Below are positions 47,628 through 63,894 of a stretch of 64,000 bases of DNA, in pieces. The notes under the pieces were generated by a model, which made no database searches, was not told where the DNA came from, and was given only the letters and a program-made list of their open reading frames with translations. Each line of letters begins with the position of its first letter. Positions within the stretch are counted from its first letter, which is position 1. The DNA is from the human T2T-CHM13v2.0 reference genome, Homo sapiens, in the NCBI RefSeq assembly GCF_009914755.1, contig NC_060927.1. One strand, written 5' to 3'. Both the position numbers and the translations under genes were made by a program.

Positions 47628-47738
47628 TGTTTCCTGAGGTTATAGGCGGGTGTTTGAGGAGTACATGCGGGTTATTAGCCAGCGGTACCCAGACATCCGC
47701 ATTGAAGGAGAGAATTACCTCCCTCAACCAATATATAG
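47628..47738 (+). CDS. SELENOT: SELENOT exon 2 with Sec49 UGA (C-V-S-U-GYRRVFEEYMRVISQRYPDIRIEGENYLPQPIYR)
   Basis: ttttctgcag acceptor and ag|gtaaga donor; in-frame TGA at 47635-47637 in a CxxU thioredoxin-like motif; frame stays open afterwards. Confidence 0.98.
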
Positions 47739-48285
47739 GTAAGAAATTTTAATAACTTAAAAGGAAAACAATGTATTTGACTTTATAAGTGTTTGTGAAT
47801 TGGTTTAATTAGCTGTCCTTAGTTATTGTAATTACTTAGTTGGTTATAATAATATACAGAGAATGCTGTTTTATATATAACAAGTTTATTTGACCCAATA
47901 TAGAAGGCTTTTTCTGTAAGAAGGAAGAGGGTCGTTTCAGAGATGGCAACCCTTCTAAAGATGTGTTTTCATATGTATTTTTAATTGTGGAAATAGAATA
48001 ACAATCCTAAATTTTTATAGAAAGTGGTATTAAATTCTGTATTTCATAAAATAATAGTATTTTTAAAGACCAATTCTGTATAAATTTGTAGGTTAATTTT
48101 TCAGGTGATTTTAAATATATTAAACATTTTTGTTTTAACACTGCACAATAAACTTTAATTGCTTTTTCTATAAGTAACTTTTAGATTTGGTGTCTAGAAA
48201 ATCTTTACATACACTTGAATTACTAAATTTTAAAGTAGATTGGAAATTGTGGCTTCTGATGATTTTCTTTCTTTTCTTTTGATAG

Positions 48286-48412
48286 ACACATAGCATCTTT
48301 CCTGTCAGTCTTCAAACTAGTATTAATAGGCTTAATAATTGTTGGCAAGGATCCTTTTGCTTTCTTTGGCATGCAAGCTCCTAGCATCTGGCAGTGGGGC
48401 CAAGAAAATAAG
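48286..48412 (+). CDS. SELENOT: SELENOT exon 3 (HIASFLSVFKLVLIGLIIVGKDPFAFFGMQAPSIWQWGQENK; hydrophobic segment)
   Basis: Polypyrimidine tract with gatag acceptor; aag|gtatgt donor; 127 nt; phase fits. Confidence 0.97.
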
Positions 48413-50056
48413 GTATGTAACTTAATAGCTTTGGTAACTGTAGGTTTTTATGTTGTCAGTGAAATATTCTAATAGATTTTCTTATTTTGAATACTTGTTA
48501 TTGATTCACCTGTTAACATGTATTATTTTAATTTATACCAGTTTTATCTCTGGGGAAGTCACTTAGCCTCCCTTCACCTTCATTTCCATATTGATATATT
48601 AAGAATGATTAGGTCTTAACCTTTTTATTTTGGGGGGATAGGGAGGTGTTAATTTAGTATAACCTGGGCACAAAATAATTTGTTATCTGATTTTGATTAT
48701 ATTACTTAGGTCAAATCATATCCAGCAAAACATAATATATACATAATGCAGGCCTTTTAAACCAATTAATGTCATATTAGTGGGTTGATTCACATTAAAA
48801 AGGGGATTCCCATTAACTTGTTCTTATCAAAACTCCTCTCTCTCTTTTTAAATTATTTGTCCTTTGCCTCTTCTGTTTATGGATCTGTTTGACTAATTGC
48901 CTGAAAGAAACAATGTAAATATACTTAAGAACTTTGTGCTGTTTCTCTTTTCCTTTTGTAGGGTCTTATTGCCACATACATTCTTTCTAGATTACTCTGA
49001 TTTTAATTTATTTTACTTTTAAGTAAAATATTTTAATATTAAAAATGATTTTAATCATTGTTTCTGGAGGGCTTACTGTCCTGTCTAAAATGGGTCTAAT
49101 TTTTATTTTTCTCATGGATTAGATTTTTCTAGGCTTCCTTTTATGAAGTCTTCCTTTTTGGAGTCTTCTATCTGATCTTGTCCTTTAATTCTAGGCTGAA
49201 TACCTTTAGCAGACTCCTGCATAGCTGTGCTTCTTTTTCTTTGGGAACCATTTCTTTCCAGTAACAGGCAGGACTTCTTAATATAAATATCTTCAAGTGG
49301 TATCTCTAATTGAAATATATCTCTACCCTGTAGGTTTTATGACATTTCCTTGTATATTGTTCCCATGAAAATAGACTTAACATTCCCAAATGGTAGAGTA
49401 ATTCCTATAAAAACAAACCCCACCTAGCTCCTGTGGGGCAGTAGGGAAAGCTCTTTCTCATCTGCTGTGAACATTTGATTTATTTTTCTGAAACAGCTTG
49501 CTGTGAATTGGCATTCTCACTGCATCCTACTTTTAGTCCTGTGATTTTGTTAAAGTAAAATTTTCTGTCCAACAAGAAACACTTAGCCGCTTTTGGGAGA
49601 GAGTATAGATTTGCCTTTGAAAGGTGAATGAATGTACTTTAATATGCCTATGCTTTCTAACCTACTTCTTTCTTAGTTTGACTTAAAATGATTTGTTTGA
49701 AACATATACAGGTTGTATTGAATATTATATGGAGTTACTAATTTTGCATCACAAGTCTCTTATGAATTCATATATTATAAAAATGGTAAAGTGAACTCTT
49801 ATGCTTGTATTCTTTTGTTTAACTTATTAAGGCTATTATGAAATCTCTCAAATTCTGTGTACATTATGAATATCATCTATAAGTGCTTCAGCATGTATGG
49901 AGCTGCAAATTAATATTGGTTTACTTTTGCTCTATGTATGTTATCTGAACATATGGAATAGCAGTAATAGTTTTTATGGGAACTTTTAAAGTAGATTAAA
50001 AAGAGCATTTACCAAACATGACTTTGCCTGTTGTGCTTAATTATATTTTCTTTTAG

Positions 50057-50144
50057 GTTTATGCATGTATGATGGTTTTCTTCTTGAGCAACATGATTGA
50101 GAACCAGTGTATGTCAACAGGTGCATTTGAGATAACTTTAAATG
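50057..50144 (+). CDS. SELENOT: SELENOT exon 4 (VYACMMVFFLSNMIENQCMSTGAFEITLN)
   Basis: ttttcttttag acceptor and g|gtaggt donor; 88 nt; contains the Rdx-family TGAFEI motif. Confidence 0.97.
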
Positions 50145-51114
50145 GTAGGTTCTGAATAGTTTGCATTTTGTGATTGATTTTAAATGATTTATAATGAGTA
50201 TCAAGCTTTTATCTTTTATAATAAGATAAACTTCTTTAGTGTTTGTATAAAAGTAAGTTTATTTGAAAGAAATTGAAAATTCAGGAGATAGAAGAATTTA
50301 GAAAATTTTAACTTTTTTTTTTTTAATTTGCTCCCTCAACTTAATCTCTTTACCTCTGCTTGAACTTCACACCTTCGAATTCCTTGAGGAGTTGGCCCTA
50401 TTCTTTTATCAGATTGTCTCTGTGAACTTTATCTACTCCCATGGCTTTAAAATAACATCTGTATGATGATCCCTGAATGTATATCTCTCGATCTCTCTCC
50501 TAAAATGCTATGCTGAAGAATCTTAAACATAACCTACTCTAAAATAAACTCTTGCTTACTTCTCCTTCCTATAATGTCTGTAAACTCTTTTGCTCCTCCT
50601 TTGACATTTCTCATTTATTTAGTGATACCATCATTTGTCTACTCAGTTGCCCATGCCAGAAACCTATGATAATATCACCGTCTTCCCTAGTCCCCCTATT
50701 TTATGGATTACCAAGTCTTCTCAGTTCCACCTCCTAAATTTCAAAAATCTACCTTCTGTTCATCTTAACTGCCACCACCCTAGTCCAGGACACAATTAAC
50801 TTGTTACCCTCTTCTGCATTCTCTAAACCAAGGGTTGGCAAATACGGCCTATGAGCTAATAATGTTTTTTACACTTTTTGGTTAAAAAAAAAACTAATGT
50901 TTTATGACACATGGAAACTATATGAAATTCCAACTTCTGTGCTTATAACTAAAGTTTTGCTTTGCATCAGTGAAAAATTTGTAGAAATTTATCTTTATAT
51001 TATATAAGTACCTACATAATGTTCTTGATTTTTATCTCTTGGTCCATAAAGTGTAAAATATTTACCATCTGCCTTCTTACAGAAAAATTGACCAATATCT
51101 GTTCTAAACAATAA

Positions 51115-51418
<304 letters not shown>

Positions 51419-52253
51419 TAAACAATAACTTTTTTAATGCAAATTTTATCTTGCTGCTTGAGTGTTCCCAATTCATTAAATGACTTGACTTTGTTCTCAA
51501 GATAAAGACCAGAACATTTAATCTGGCCAAAAGGCTCTGCATGATCTATTTCAGTGGTTAGCAAGCTGTGGTCCTATGGACCATATCCTCTGCTGCTTGT
51601 TTTGTAAGTAAAGCTTTATTAGAACACAACCATGTCCATTTGCTTGTGTATTGTTACAGCTGCATTTAGGCTACAAGAGTTGAATAGCTGTGGCAGAGAC
51701 TATGTATCTTCCCTAGCCCAAAATGTTTACTTTCTGTCCCTTTACAGTTTATTGACCCCAGTCTAATCCTTTCCACCTTCCCATCCTCCCTTATATCACT
51801 CCTCTTCTATATTTCCCTCAGCTATGCTGATTTTCTCTTATTTTCAGTGCCAAGCTACTTTCTGGTCTTTACATTTCTGTTCTCTCCCTCAAAGGTTTTC
51901 TACTCTCATGAATCCCCACTCTGTCTTGGTAATTTTTCTTTATCTTTTAGATCTCAATTTAAATGATACTATTTCTCTGACTAGACAGGGAGAGCCTTGT
52001 GTATATGTCCCTCCTAGTACAGTAGTGCCTTTTAGTTTTAGTTCTAAGTACACAATTGTAATTTTGTAGCCATTTGTGTAGTTCTTTTGACATTTCCCCT
52101 ACTGGAATGTAAAGTCCCTGAGAGCAAGCAGTGTACTTTTTTGCCTACTTTTGTATCCCAGTTGTGTACATAGATGATAAATATTAGTGGGATGAATGCA
52201 TATTATAAAATCATCTTTAATTTTTTGGGGGGCGGTGCCATTTATTTTTATAG

Positions 52254-52378
52254 ATGTACCTGTGTGGTCTAAGCTGGAATCTGGTCACCTTCCATCCATG
52301 CAACAACTTGTTCAAATTCTTGACAATGAAATGAAGCTCAATGTGCATATGGATTCAATCCCACACCATCGATCATAG
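52254..52378 (+). CDS. SELENOT: SELENOT exon 5 CDS (DVPVWSKLESGHLPSMQQLVQILDNEMKLNVHMDSIPHHRS*)
   Basis: tttttatag acceptor; TAG at 52376-52378; exon CDS lengths 137+111+127+88+125 = 588 nt = 195 aa plus stop. Confidence 0.97.
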
Positions 52379-52919
52379 CACCACCTATCAGCACTGAAAA
52401 CTCTTTTGTAAGTTGTTTAAAATATAGCTAATGTATAGGTTTCTGTTGATTCTTATGACTCAGCAAGTTAGTAAATATTACATATATTATCACTTGAGTT
52501 TCCAATTTAAGATTAAACAGAGGGATGTATTCTTCATTAAAATGTTGAAGTGTATGAAGAGAGTTCGGCCCTGCCAAAATAAAGTCAGGTTGTTAGTAAT
52601 TTTATCTTCAAGGCTTAATGATTGGGTCTGTAACCTTATTTTCTTTACTCTAAATTCCTAATGGCCAGAGTTGATATATTATGCTAGAGGTGTGTATACT
52701 TCCTGTCCTTACCTTCAAGTAATTAGTTCCTGGGAGTATGCAAATTCTTTGAACATACTCAAGATAAAAAATTTATAGGCAAATGTGTGAACACAGAGAG
52801 GTATTAGTTAACTTTTTCTTTGTGATCAATGAATTCACTTTCTAAAGAGTTTTTATGAGTGATTTTTGCAATAAAATATTCTTTTTTCTGTATATCTTTC
52901 AGGCATTAAGGGATCATTG

Positions 52920-53017
52920 CAAGAGCAGCGTGACTGACATTATGAAGGCCTGTACTGAAGACAGCAAGCTGTTAGTACAGACCAGATGCTTTCTTGGCAG
53001 GCTCGTTGTACCTCTTG
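52920..53017 (+). promoter_or_regulatory. SELENOT: SECIS element, type II
   Basis: AUGA at 52942-52945; helix GGCCUGUACUG/UAGUACAGACC (11 positions, one mismatch); unpaired AA at 52958-52959; apical mini-stem ACAG-CAAG-CUGU; GA at 52985-52986; lower pairings caagag/ctcttg and cagcg/cgttg. Confidence 0.95.
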
Positions 53018-54124
53018 GAAAACCTCAATGCAAGATAGTGTTTCAGTGCTGGCATATTTTGGAATTCTGCACATTCATGGAGTGCAATAATACTGTATAG
53101 CTTTCCCCACCTCCCACAAAATCACCCAGTTAATGTGTGTGTGTGTGTTTTTTTTAAGGTAAACATTACTACTTGTAACTTTTTTTCTTAGTCATATTTG
53201 AAAAAGTAGAAAATTGAGTTACAATTTGATTTTTTTTCCAAAGATGTCTGTTAAATCTGTTGTGCTTTTATATGAATATTTGTTTTTTATAGTTTAAAAT
53301 TGATCCTTTGGGAATCCAGTTGAAGTTCCCAAATACTTTATAAGAGTTTATCAGACATCTCTAATTTGGCCATGTCCAGTTTATACAGTTTACAAAATAT
53401 AGCAGATGCAAGATTATGGGGGAAATCCTATATTCAGAGTACTCTATAAATTTTTGTGTATGTGTGTATGTGCGTGTGATTACCAGAGAACTACTAAAAA
53501 AACCAACTGCTTTTTAAATCCTATTGTGTAGTTAAAGTGTCATGCCTTGACCAATCTAATGAATTGATTAATTAACTGGGCCTTTATACTTAACTAAATA
53601 AAAAACTAAGCAGATATGAGTTAAATTTAAAAGTTTCAATTTATTGCTCAGTGTACCTGTTAACATTATATTTAACAATTGCTTAAATTTTTGTTTTTGA
53701 TTTATGGATAATTTCTTAAGAGTACACACTTTAGATACACAAATAATCGTTCATTTACCATCTTTAGGATCATTGAAACTCATCTCACTAAAGAAAGTTC
53801 ACTTGAACCTCTTTATAGCATTGATACTAGGTGAACAGAAATTACCTGACTAATAATTTGTCTAACATCATATATCAGAATTTTATTGTATATGATGAAC
53901 AAAACTTAAAATTTTTTAAATTTAATTTTTAAATACTGTTTCAGAGTTCTAAAAAGGCAGTTTTTTAAAAAACTTAAGTTGATAAAAACTGTAAGAATAA
54001 TTTAGCAGAAATAGAACCAGAATGTAGAAGAGTAGTCATGTAACAGCAGTAATAACATACTTCAGCTTCCATATAGGAATAGAAGTGGTAGAGCCAAAAG
54101 TGATTTAGGAGAAGTTATAAGGTA

Positions 54125-54300
54125 CAGGTTGAGTATCCCTTTTCCAAAAATGCTTGGGACAAGAAGTATTTCAGATTTCATAATTTTTTTCAAAGTTTGG
54201 AATATTTGCATTATACTTACCAGTTGGGCATCCCAAATCTGAAATCTGAAATGTTCCATGAGCATTTCCTTTGAGTGTCATGTTGGCACTCAAAAAGGTT
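54125..54300. mobile_element. MER46/Tigger4 fragment inside the SELENOT 3' UTR
   Basis: ta|caggttgagtatcccttttccaaaaatgcttgggac start. Confidence 0.75.
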
Positions 54301-55659
54301 CAACATTGAGTCCACTTAACACTTAGGTGTTAGAAGACCTAACTTTCTGTAACAATTAACCTTATACTTTGTTTGTCATCGAATATTTGTTGAATGCATG
54401 TCAGGTAATGGTCTTGATTGTGATAGCTTCAAGGTGGAACATACTGTAATCTCCAGATGCTAGGAAGTTAGTCTAATAATTCACTGCAGAAAATTGATTA
54501 AGTGGCTGTCCTTTTAATTAAGAGTGTGGAGTCATAAACTTAAGTTCTTCATATAGTGACAAGAGTCCTTAGAGATTGTTATTCAAGTTCCTTAGAAATT
54601 GTTATTTAGGTATAATATCATCTTGTCTTTGACTAGAGCTTGAAACCTTGTTATCTGATTGTGTACCACTCCAAATTCCCTGCCTTCTGCAAGTTGAATG
54701 TCTTGCTGAATGTGTCTAGGGGTTCATCTTCAGTAATCGACATTCCACTAGTGCCATAGTTAACTTCATGACATGTAGACATTCAAAACTTGAGCCTTGG
54801 ATGTTCCTGTGGACCTGACAGTTAAAAATATAAAGAACCTAGGATTCAATTCCAACTTTCTCTGTTTGCCTTGGGTTGAATAACTTATCTTTTGGAGAAT
54901 AGCTTTAAGTGGCTTAGACACTGATAAAATTCAGCTGTGTTGTTGACGCTCATCTCTTTTGTCTTACGCTTAGCCATATTTAAATCTTGAATTTAATAGA
55001 GTCTAGTGAAAAAAATGAGTGGGAAGAATGAATATAAAAGTAATAATATAAGGAAAAAGGGAAAGTAAACTATTTAGAATGTAGTTTTGTTATATTCCCA
55101 GCATTTCAATATTTATTAGTTACTTGTAAATTACTGTGGCTGTGTAGTTTATAAATGTCTGTGCACTATATTAATTAGAAGACCATAGAACATGCCAGCA
55201 GGTTGGCTAATGCTATGGGGGTTTTTACCACAGTTGCCATTGTGGAAGAAATTATTTGGTACATTAATAAAAAAAGTTGGTAAAACATGGTTTTATACCT
55301 CAGTGTATAAGATGTGCAAGACAAATATGCTTATTTCCTTTTCTAGAATATAAGTGATATTATTTGCTTATGACACTAACACTATTAATGACAGGAGTCA
55401 ATCAGCCTTTACAGCTATCAAAATATAATGAGATCCCAATGATGATTCTTTTTTACTTTGAATGTTAATTAGTTTGGGACTTTGATTGGCTGGCAAACAT
55501 TTTATCATTGTCAGAATTTAATTTAGATTTCAAAAATAGCTTACAGGATTTTAAACATGGTGTGGTATTCTAAAGCCTTTTTTTTAAAAAAAGAGATCTT
55601 TTTGAGAGAAACAAATGAGGATTGTAAAGTTTGGGGACTTACCTCTGTAGCATTGTGAA

Positions 55660-55665
55660 AATAAA
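55660..55665 (+). terminator. SELENOT: Likely distal SELENOT poly(A) signal AATAAA
   Basis: Last hexamer of the UTR-like AT-rich block. Confidence 0.6.
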
Positions 55666-56295
55666 CTTTGATTAAGCTGATTTGAAAGGAACTCCTACTT
55701 TGTGGAATTAAATCTACATTAGAGCACTTTATATGGTAACTATACTCACAAAATTTTGCATTATAAAAGTTATTATCATTACTTTTTAATGGCTTCTTAA
55801 CCCGACCAGTGTTTATGACTCACTATCAGTCTGGCACTCAAGTCTTACCATACTCTTGGACCTTATGCTACTTCTCAAGCCTTACGGTCTACTTGTGCTT
55901 CAGTGCTGCTGAACTGTCAATAGCTCTGTGATGTATTCTGTGCTGGAGTGGAGCAAAGTGGAACAGTTTACATCACTGTCTGTCTTTACCCCCAACCTGC
56001 AGAATTCCTGAAACATTCACACTAACATCCTTAAATCTGGAGAGAAACAAAATGAATGTTTTTCCTCTATTGACTGGTATAGACAATTTAACAATCTCAG
56101 AAGAAAGAGCAAATATCAGATTTTTTTTTTTAATTCAGCTGGCTCCTTTTCCCCTAGGCTTCAGAAAAGCAAATAGAAACAAATAGATCCACAGCCCAGG
56201 TGCAGTGGCTCATGGCTGGGAGACCAAGATGGGTGGATTGCTTGAGCCGAGGAATTCAAGACCAGCCTAGGCAACAAGGTGAAACTCCATCTCTA

Positions 56296-56508
<213 letters not shown>

Positions 56509-56776
56509 TCAGATACAGTAGAAAGCTGTAAAGTCATCCATTCTATAAGACTAACAGAATGTTTTCTTTTGCCAATGTTAAGCATGAGCAAAATAAAAAA
56601 GCATGCAGACAAACAGTAGTGGTTTTAAAATTTTAATGTGCTTAAAAATCACTGGGACAAATTTCTGGATCCCACTCCTAATGGTTCTGATTTAGTTGAT
56701 CTGAAATGGTACCAGGTAATTTGCATTTCAAACAAGCTTCAAAATAATTCTAATACTGTTAGTCTGTGGTGTATAC

Positions 56777-57135
56777 CAGGAGTCCCCAGTCCTTGGGCCA
56801 TGGACTGGTGGTGGTCTGTGGCCTCTTAGAAAACCAGCCGCACACCAGCAGGTGAGTGTCAGGCAAGCAAGCATTACCTCCTGAGCTTTGCCTCCTGTCA
56901 GACCAGTGCATTAGATTCTCATAGGAGCCAGAATCCTATTGTGAACAGTGCCTGCGAGGGATCTAGGTTGTGCGCTCCTTATGAGAATCCTAATACCTGA
57001 TGATCTGAGGTGGAACCTAATACCTGATGATCTGAGTTTCATCCCAAAACCATCCCCCCAACCCCCTGTCCGTTTATGGAAAATTTGTCTTCCACAAAAG
57101 CAGTCCCTGGTGCCAGAAAAGGTTGGGGACCGCTG
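56777..57135. mobile_element. MER1B hAT element
   Basis: cagg(a)gtcccca ... ggttggggaccgctg TIRs; degenerate 8-bp TSD gtgtatac/gtctacac; internal duplication of cctaatacctgatgatctgag. Confidence 0.8.
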
Positions 57136-59083
57136 GTCTACACTGAGTAGCACCATACCACAGAGCAGAATGCAGAAGATTCATCCTAGATGCATCCTAG
57201 ATGCGTCACGTGTAGAATGACTTAACACAAATTCAGCAAAATGGGAGCTCAGGAGATAAAAAGAATGATATGAGAGGGAGATTATGTTTCTAAGAAAACA
57301 CTGACTTAATTGTCCCAGTCTTATCAATGCAACACATCCTTTCTTGTTATCACTTTACAACCTTTTGCATGAATTTCTTTTAGAAGGAAGTATTAAATCT
57401 TTGAGTATAATATAAAATAACTGGTTTGAATTGCCAGATTTTCTCAGAGCAAACCAGGCAATAGCATACCTACATTATCCTTAATTTACAGTGACAACTG
57501 ATTTTGATTTTCACATTAAGCAAAAATCTATGTAAATTCTTGTAATTCTGAGTAGAGAAAAATTTACATATTTAGCTTTATTAGAGTAATTAACCATAAT
57601 AGAACTGTTTAAATTGCCAGGGAAACCCAATCTACTATTTTATCCCCACCAACCCCCCCAGAAGGATTAATTAGTTCATGTAACTGAGAAAGTCCAATGT
57701 AGAATTGGCTTCAGGGATTCAAATGAGAGAATCAGAACTCTCCTCTAAATCGGCCTCATTTTCTCCTTGAGAGAAATTATAATTAGGGAAGAGAGTTGGG
57801 GTAGGGGGTGAGAAGGGGGGATGATGAGGAGGGGAAAGGAAGAAGGAGAGCATGGATTAAAGTCCCAGAAAAGTACTCTGGTCCAACTTGTGTGTCACAT
57901 TTCCTATCTTGGAACTTTCTCACTTGATATCTACTCCCTGATCATTTTGTCATCTGTTAATCCCTTTTTCCTTTATTGACCCCTTCCACCCAACCTCCTC
58001 CTCATTCAGGGTTATAATTGTTTAAGACAAGCCTATTGCTTTGTGGTTATAGGCTGCTCAGATCAAGTACTGCTCAGATCAGGTAGCTATTTAACCTGTT
58101 TGAGAGTTGTCTAGAATGGATGGAGCCAGCACTTGATTGCTTGGTTAAGAAACAAAAATATTAAGGCCTCGGGAGGTTGCTACCAACACTCCCTTGGGCC
58201 ACTGGCCATACTCATCTGTTTTGTGTACTAACAACTCTTACAAGAGGAAAAAAACCATTACAGCTCCTTTGTTACTCTGGAGTTGCTAAGAGCAGATCTG
58301 TTTGAAAGAAAGTGTGCCATTGACATTTTTCCCTAAACGTTTTAAAAAATAGTATTAGAAAATGCTGCTGAATTTTGTCTTTTAACAGCTCATAAAATCT
58401 AGGAATAAAATTATTTTTTAATATATTAAAATACATAGTGTATATAAGCAACAGGTGACTCATAAATGTGATTCTTCCAGTAAAATTGTGTTTTATACAG
58501 ATGTATAGAAATTTGGTGTTGAGATCTACTTCAGTACTTGAATTTTCAAATTAAAAAAAAGGCCAAGAGAGGTTAAATGTCTTGCCCTGGTTATATAGCT
58601 TATGGCAACGAAACAAAACCAAACAAACCCTACACCCTTGGCGGGGCTTGGGGAAAGCAGAATAACAGCAGAGGACTTTGTCAGAAATTAGGTGGGAAGA
58701 GAGAAGACAGTAACAAGGCAATTTTACAAATTTAATCTCAATTTCACTTCACATTTACGCTTTAGCTAAGATGGGCTGAAATTTTTCAAATAAACTAAAA
58801 AAGGCAGGTGTATGTGTGTGCAAGATACATCAGAGGAAGGCAAGTTTACATAATAATTTCTTATCCTAATATAATGAAATTCAGGTTTCAGATTGACTGG
58901 ATCTATTTCCCCACTTGGAAAGATCCTTCCCCGAAAGCAGGTTTATAAATTGCAGTTCTTCAGACGACTCATCCTATTCACTGATTACATGATGAGAATT
59001 GAAAACACACAGAGATTACTAGCTATGTGTCCCAGGCAAGATGGCTACCTCACGTGTAAGGTAAGTTTAAAAACAGCACACCT

Positions 59084-60245
<1,162 letters not shown>

Positions 60246-62312
60246 TTATATGGAAAATGAAGATAATGAGTTTTAAAATAATACACAAAGTTACGGTACC
60301 AGAAAAGCAGTTAAATACCTTACAAAGTAATGAGAAACATGCTGAAAACAGTCTTGAGGAAGGCTAAAATTGTGGTTCCATACGTTGACTGACTGAATGA
60401 ATATGGTTAAGGCAGTTGTTCTCAACCGGGGTTTTACTCTCCAGGCTCATGCAGAGTGGCCTCTTTGGGTCCTGTAATGGTCCTGTTCTTAACCACCACC
60501 GCTAGCTGGGGCCTGGGGTGGAAGAGTCTTATCCTAATCGGTCCCCAGACGGGGAGAGGGCAGTGCTTGTTTCCTAGCCACTCTGAAAGGCTGAAAGCTG
60601 TTAAGGAGGCTTAGTGTCATTTCAAGCAGTCTTCCTTGCCTCTGTGAGTAGTTTTTCCATATTTATGCTTAAAACAAACAGAGGAAGCTTTTCATTCCAA
60701 TAATGAAATAAAAGGCTAAATTCAAGGTAACAAACGTTTTAGTGGGAAAGATTGTCAAGGATAACAAACCAACAAAGGGAAATATCTCTTATTAGCTCTT
60801 TTCTTCTTTTGATTAGAGAAAAAAGCCAAAGAACTACTTTTGGGGCTTTAAGTGGCTAGTGGACTACCCCAGAGGACACAAAGAAAGAGGGTTCTCAGTG
60901 TTTCTAGGGCACTTCCTGTTTTCTTTGAACTTGTGTGAGAATGTGAACTGTGGTGAGAGGCAGCTTTGAAATGTGACCAAAAAAAAAAAAAAAAAGACTG
61001 GTTTTAGTGTAGTTTATTTATTTTCTTTCAAAGCATTTGTGTTAATGAGTTGGATGGTAAGAGGTGATTAACATTCCAGATCAGTAGATTTCAGAAATGT
61101 CTTCCAACAGTGAAAATAACTTGTGTTAATCCTCCGAGCTTTCACCTTCACTTAGGCTGACTGAGGGGTGGGAAACAGCTTTGGAATCTTTACTGAGGAC
61201 CAAGCAAATTTACAGTTTGAAAGTCAATCCTATTTAATTTTCCAACTTCTCCAGAATATTGTTTCCATTTAGCTTCTTGAGAGCATTTCTGGAGGGATTG
61301 CTATGTGCTAGGTACCGTGGGGGGTAACAGTTGTGAAGATGTGTGGCACAATTCCTGCATTCAAAGTGCATATGGTATAGCAGAGGAGAGAATCATAAAA
61401 ATCTTACAGCAAAACGATAAGAAGCCTCATGAGGCCTATAGGAGCAGAAGGGAGCATTGGTTCTAGATGCTTGAGTATATAATTTTCCATAAATGGGGAC
61501 AGTGCACAGGAGGAGCAGCACTTCAGGGATGAGAAAGCAGAAGCACAGGGTTTCTGTGATAATTCCTATAGGGAAGGGGGCTGGACCGTAGTATATATTG
61601 GTGCGGGTGGAGGGAGATGTGCTGGGAAACAGCCTGCGGGCATTGACAGCTGAGGTGAGGAATTGGACTACTTTCTATAGATGATAGCCAAGGAGAGTTT
61701 CTGAGTTGATGAGCCATCAGATCAGATCTGGCTTTTAGGGGTGAATCTGTCTGCACTGAGGCTATGGTGGGCGGAGAGGAGGATGAAGAGGTAGAGGTTC
61801 TAACAAAAGCATTGTGGGCACTTTCAGCATCGCACTCCAGACATCTTTGGCCTTGGATTAATAATTTATAAGTAATATATTCAATTTAAAAATTAATGTC
61901 AACTTTTGTGGTTACATTCCCCTTCTATCCTCTGAGTTTTCTTTTGTCATGCTGAAACCTATACTCCATTAGAATTATCCTTCTTAAATCTAGTCTCATC
62001 TTCCCAATTTAGCTTTTAAACTTTGGGTAACATTTACATTTTTTTGTCGTCTATTTTCTGCTCATTGGCTAAGGAGCCTTTTTCCTGCCCTGAGAATATA
62101 AGATTCATTGCAATTAAAGAGCCTAGTGGTTTAATGTGATTATTCTTTCTTGTTTTTCTGAGAAGTATCCTTGTGTTTTGTGGACCAGTCAATCCTGACT
62201 TTGATCTCTAGGGACAATACACTGTGAGTATTTATTTCAGGAAGGACACTGATCCTAGATATTCACTTAGAGGATGAATTTTCCTTATACCAAGGAAAAT
62301 TGTAAGGTAGAA

Positions 62313-63709
<1,397 letters not shown>

Positions 63710-63894
63710 AGGGACACTTTTTAGACTAAGGTACAGAGAGGGGGATCCCAAGCACAATACAGTCATCTCACTATTGGAGTTCAAGAAGGTGATTTGGAAT
63801 TGGCAGGGCAGACAACTGTAGAGAACAGAGCTATGCAGAGAAGGAACTCCAGAAGTCCACACAGGAGTTTGCGTATTGCTGAAATTCCATGAGC

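Larger units (their letters stand above)
52903..55685 (+). other. SELENOT: SELENOT exon 6, entirely 3' UTR (exon 5 ends at 52407, gtaagt donor)
   Basis: tatatctttcag acceptor ending at 52902; AATAAA at 53597, 55266 and 55660; the 3' end is approximate. Confidence 0.8.

Noticed and set aside
57797-57835. G-quadruplex-like purine tract
   Set aside because: Four G-runs but with a 10-nt loop, intergenic, and no supporting context.
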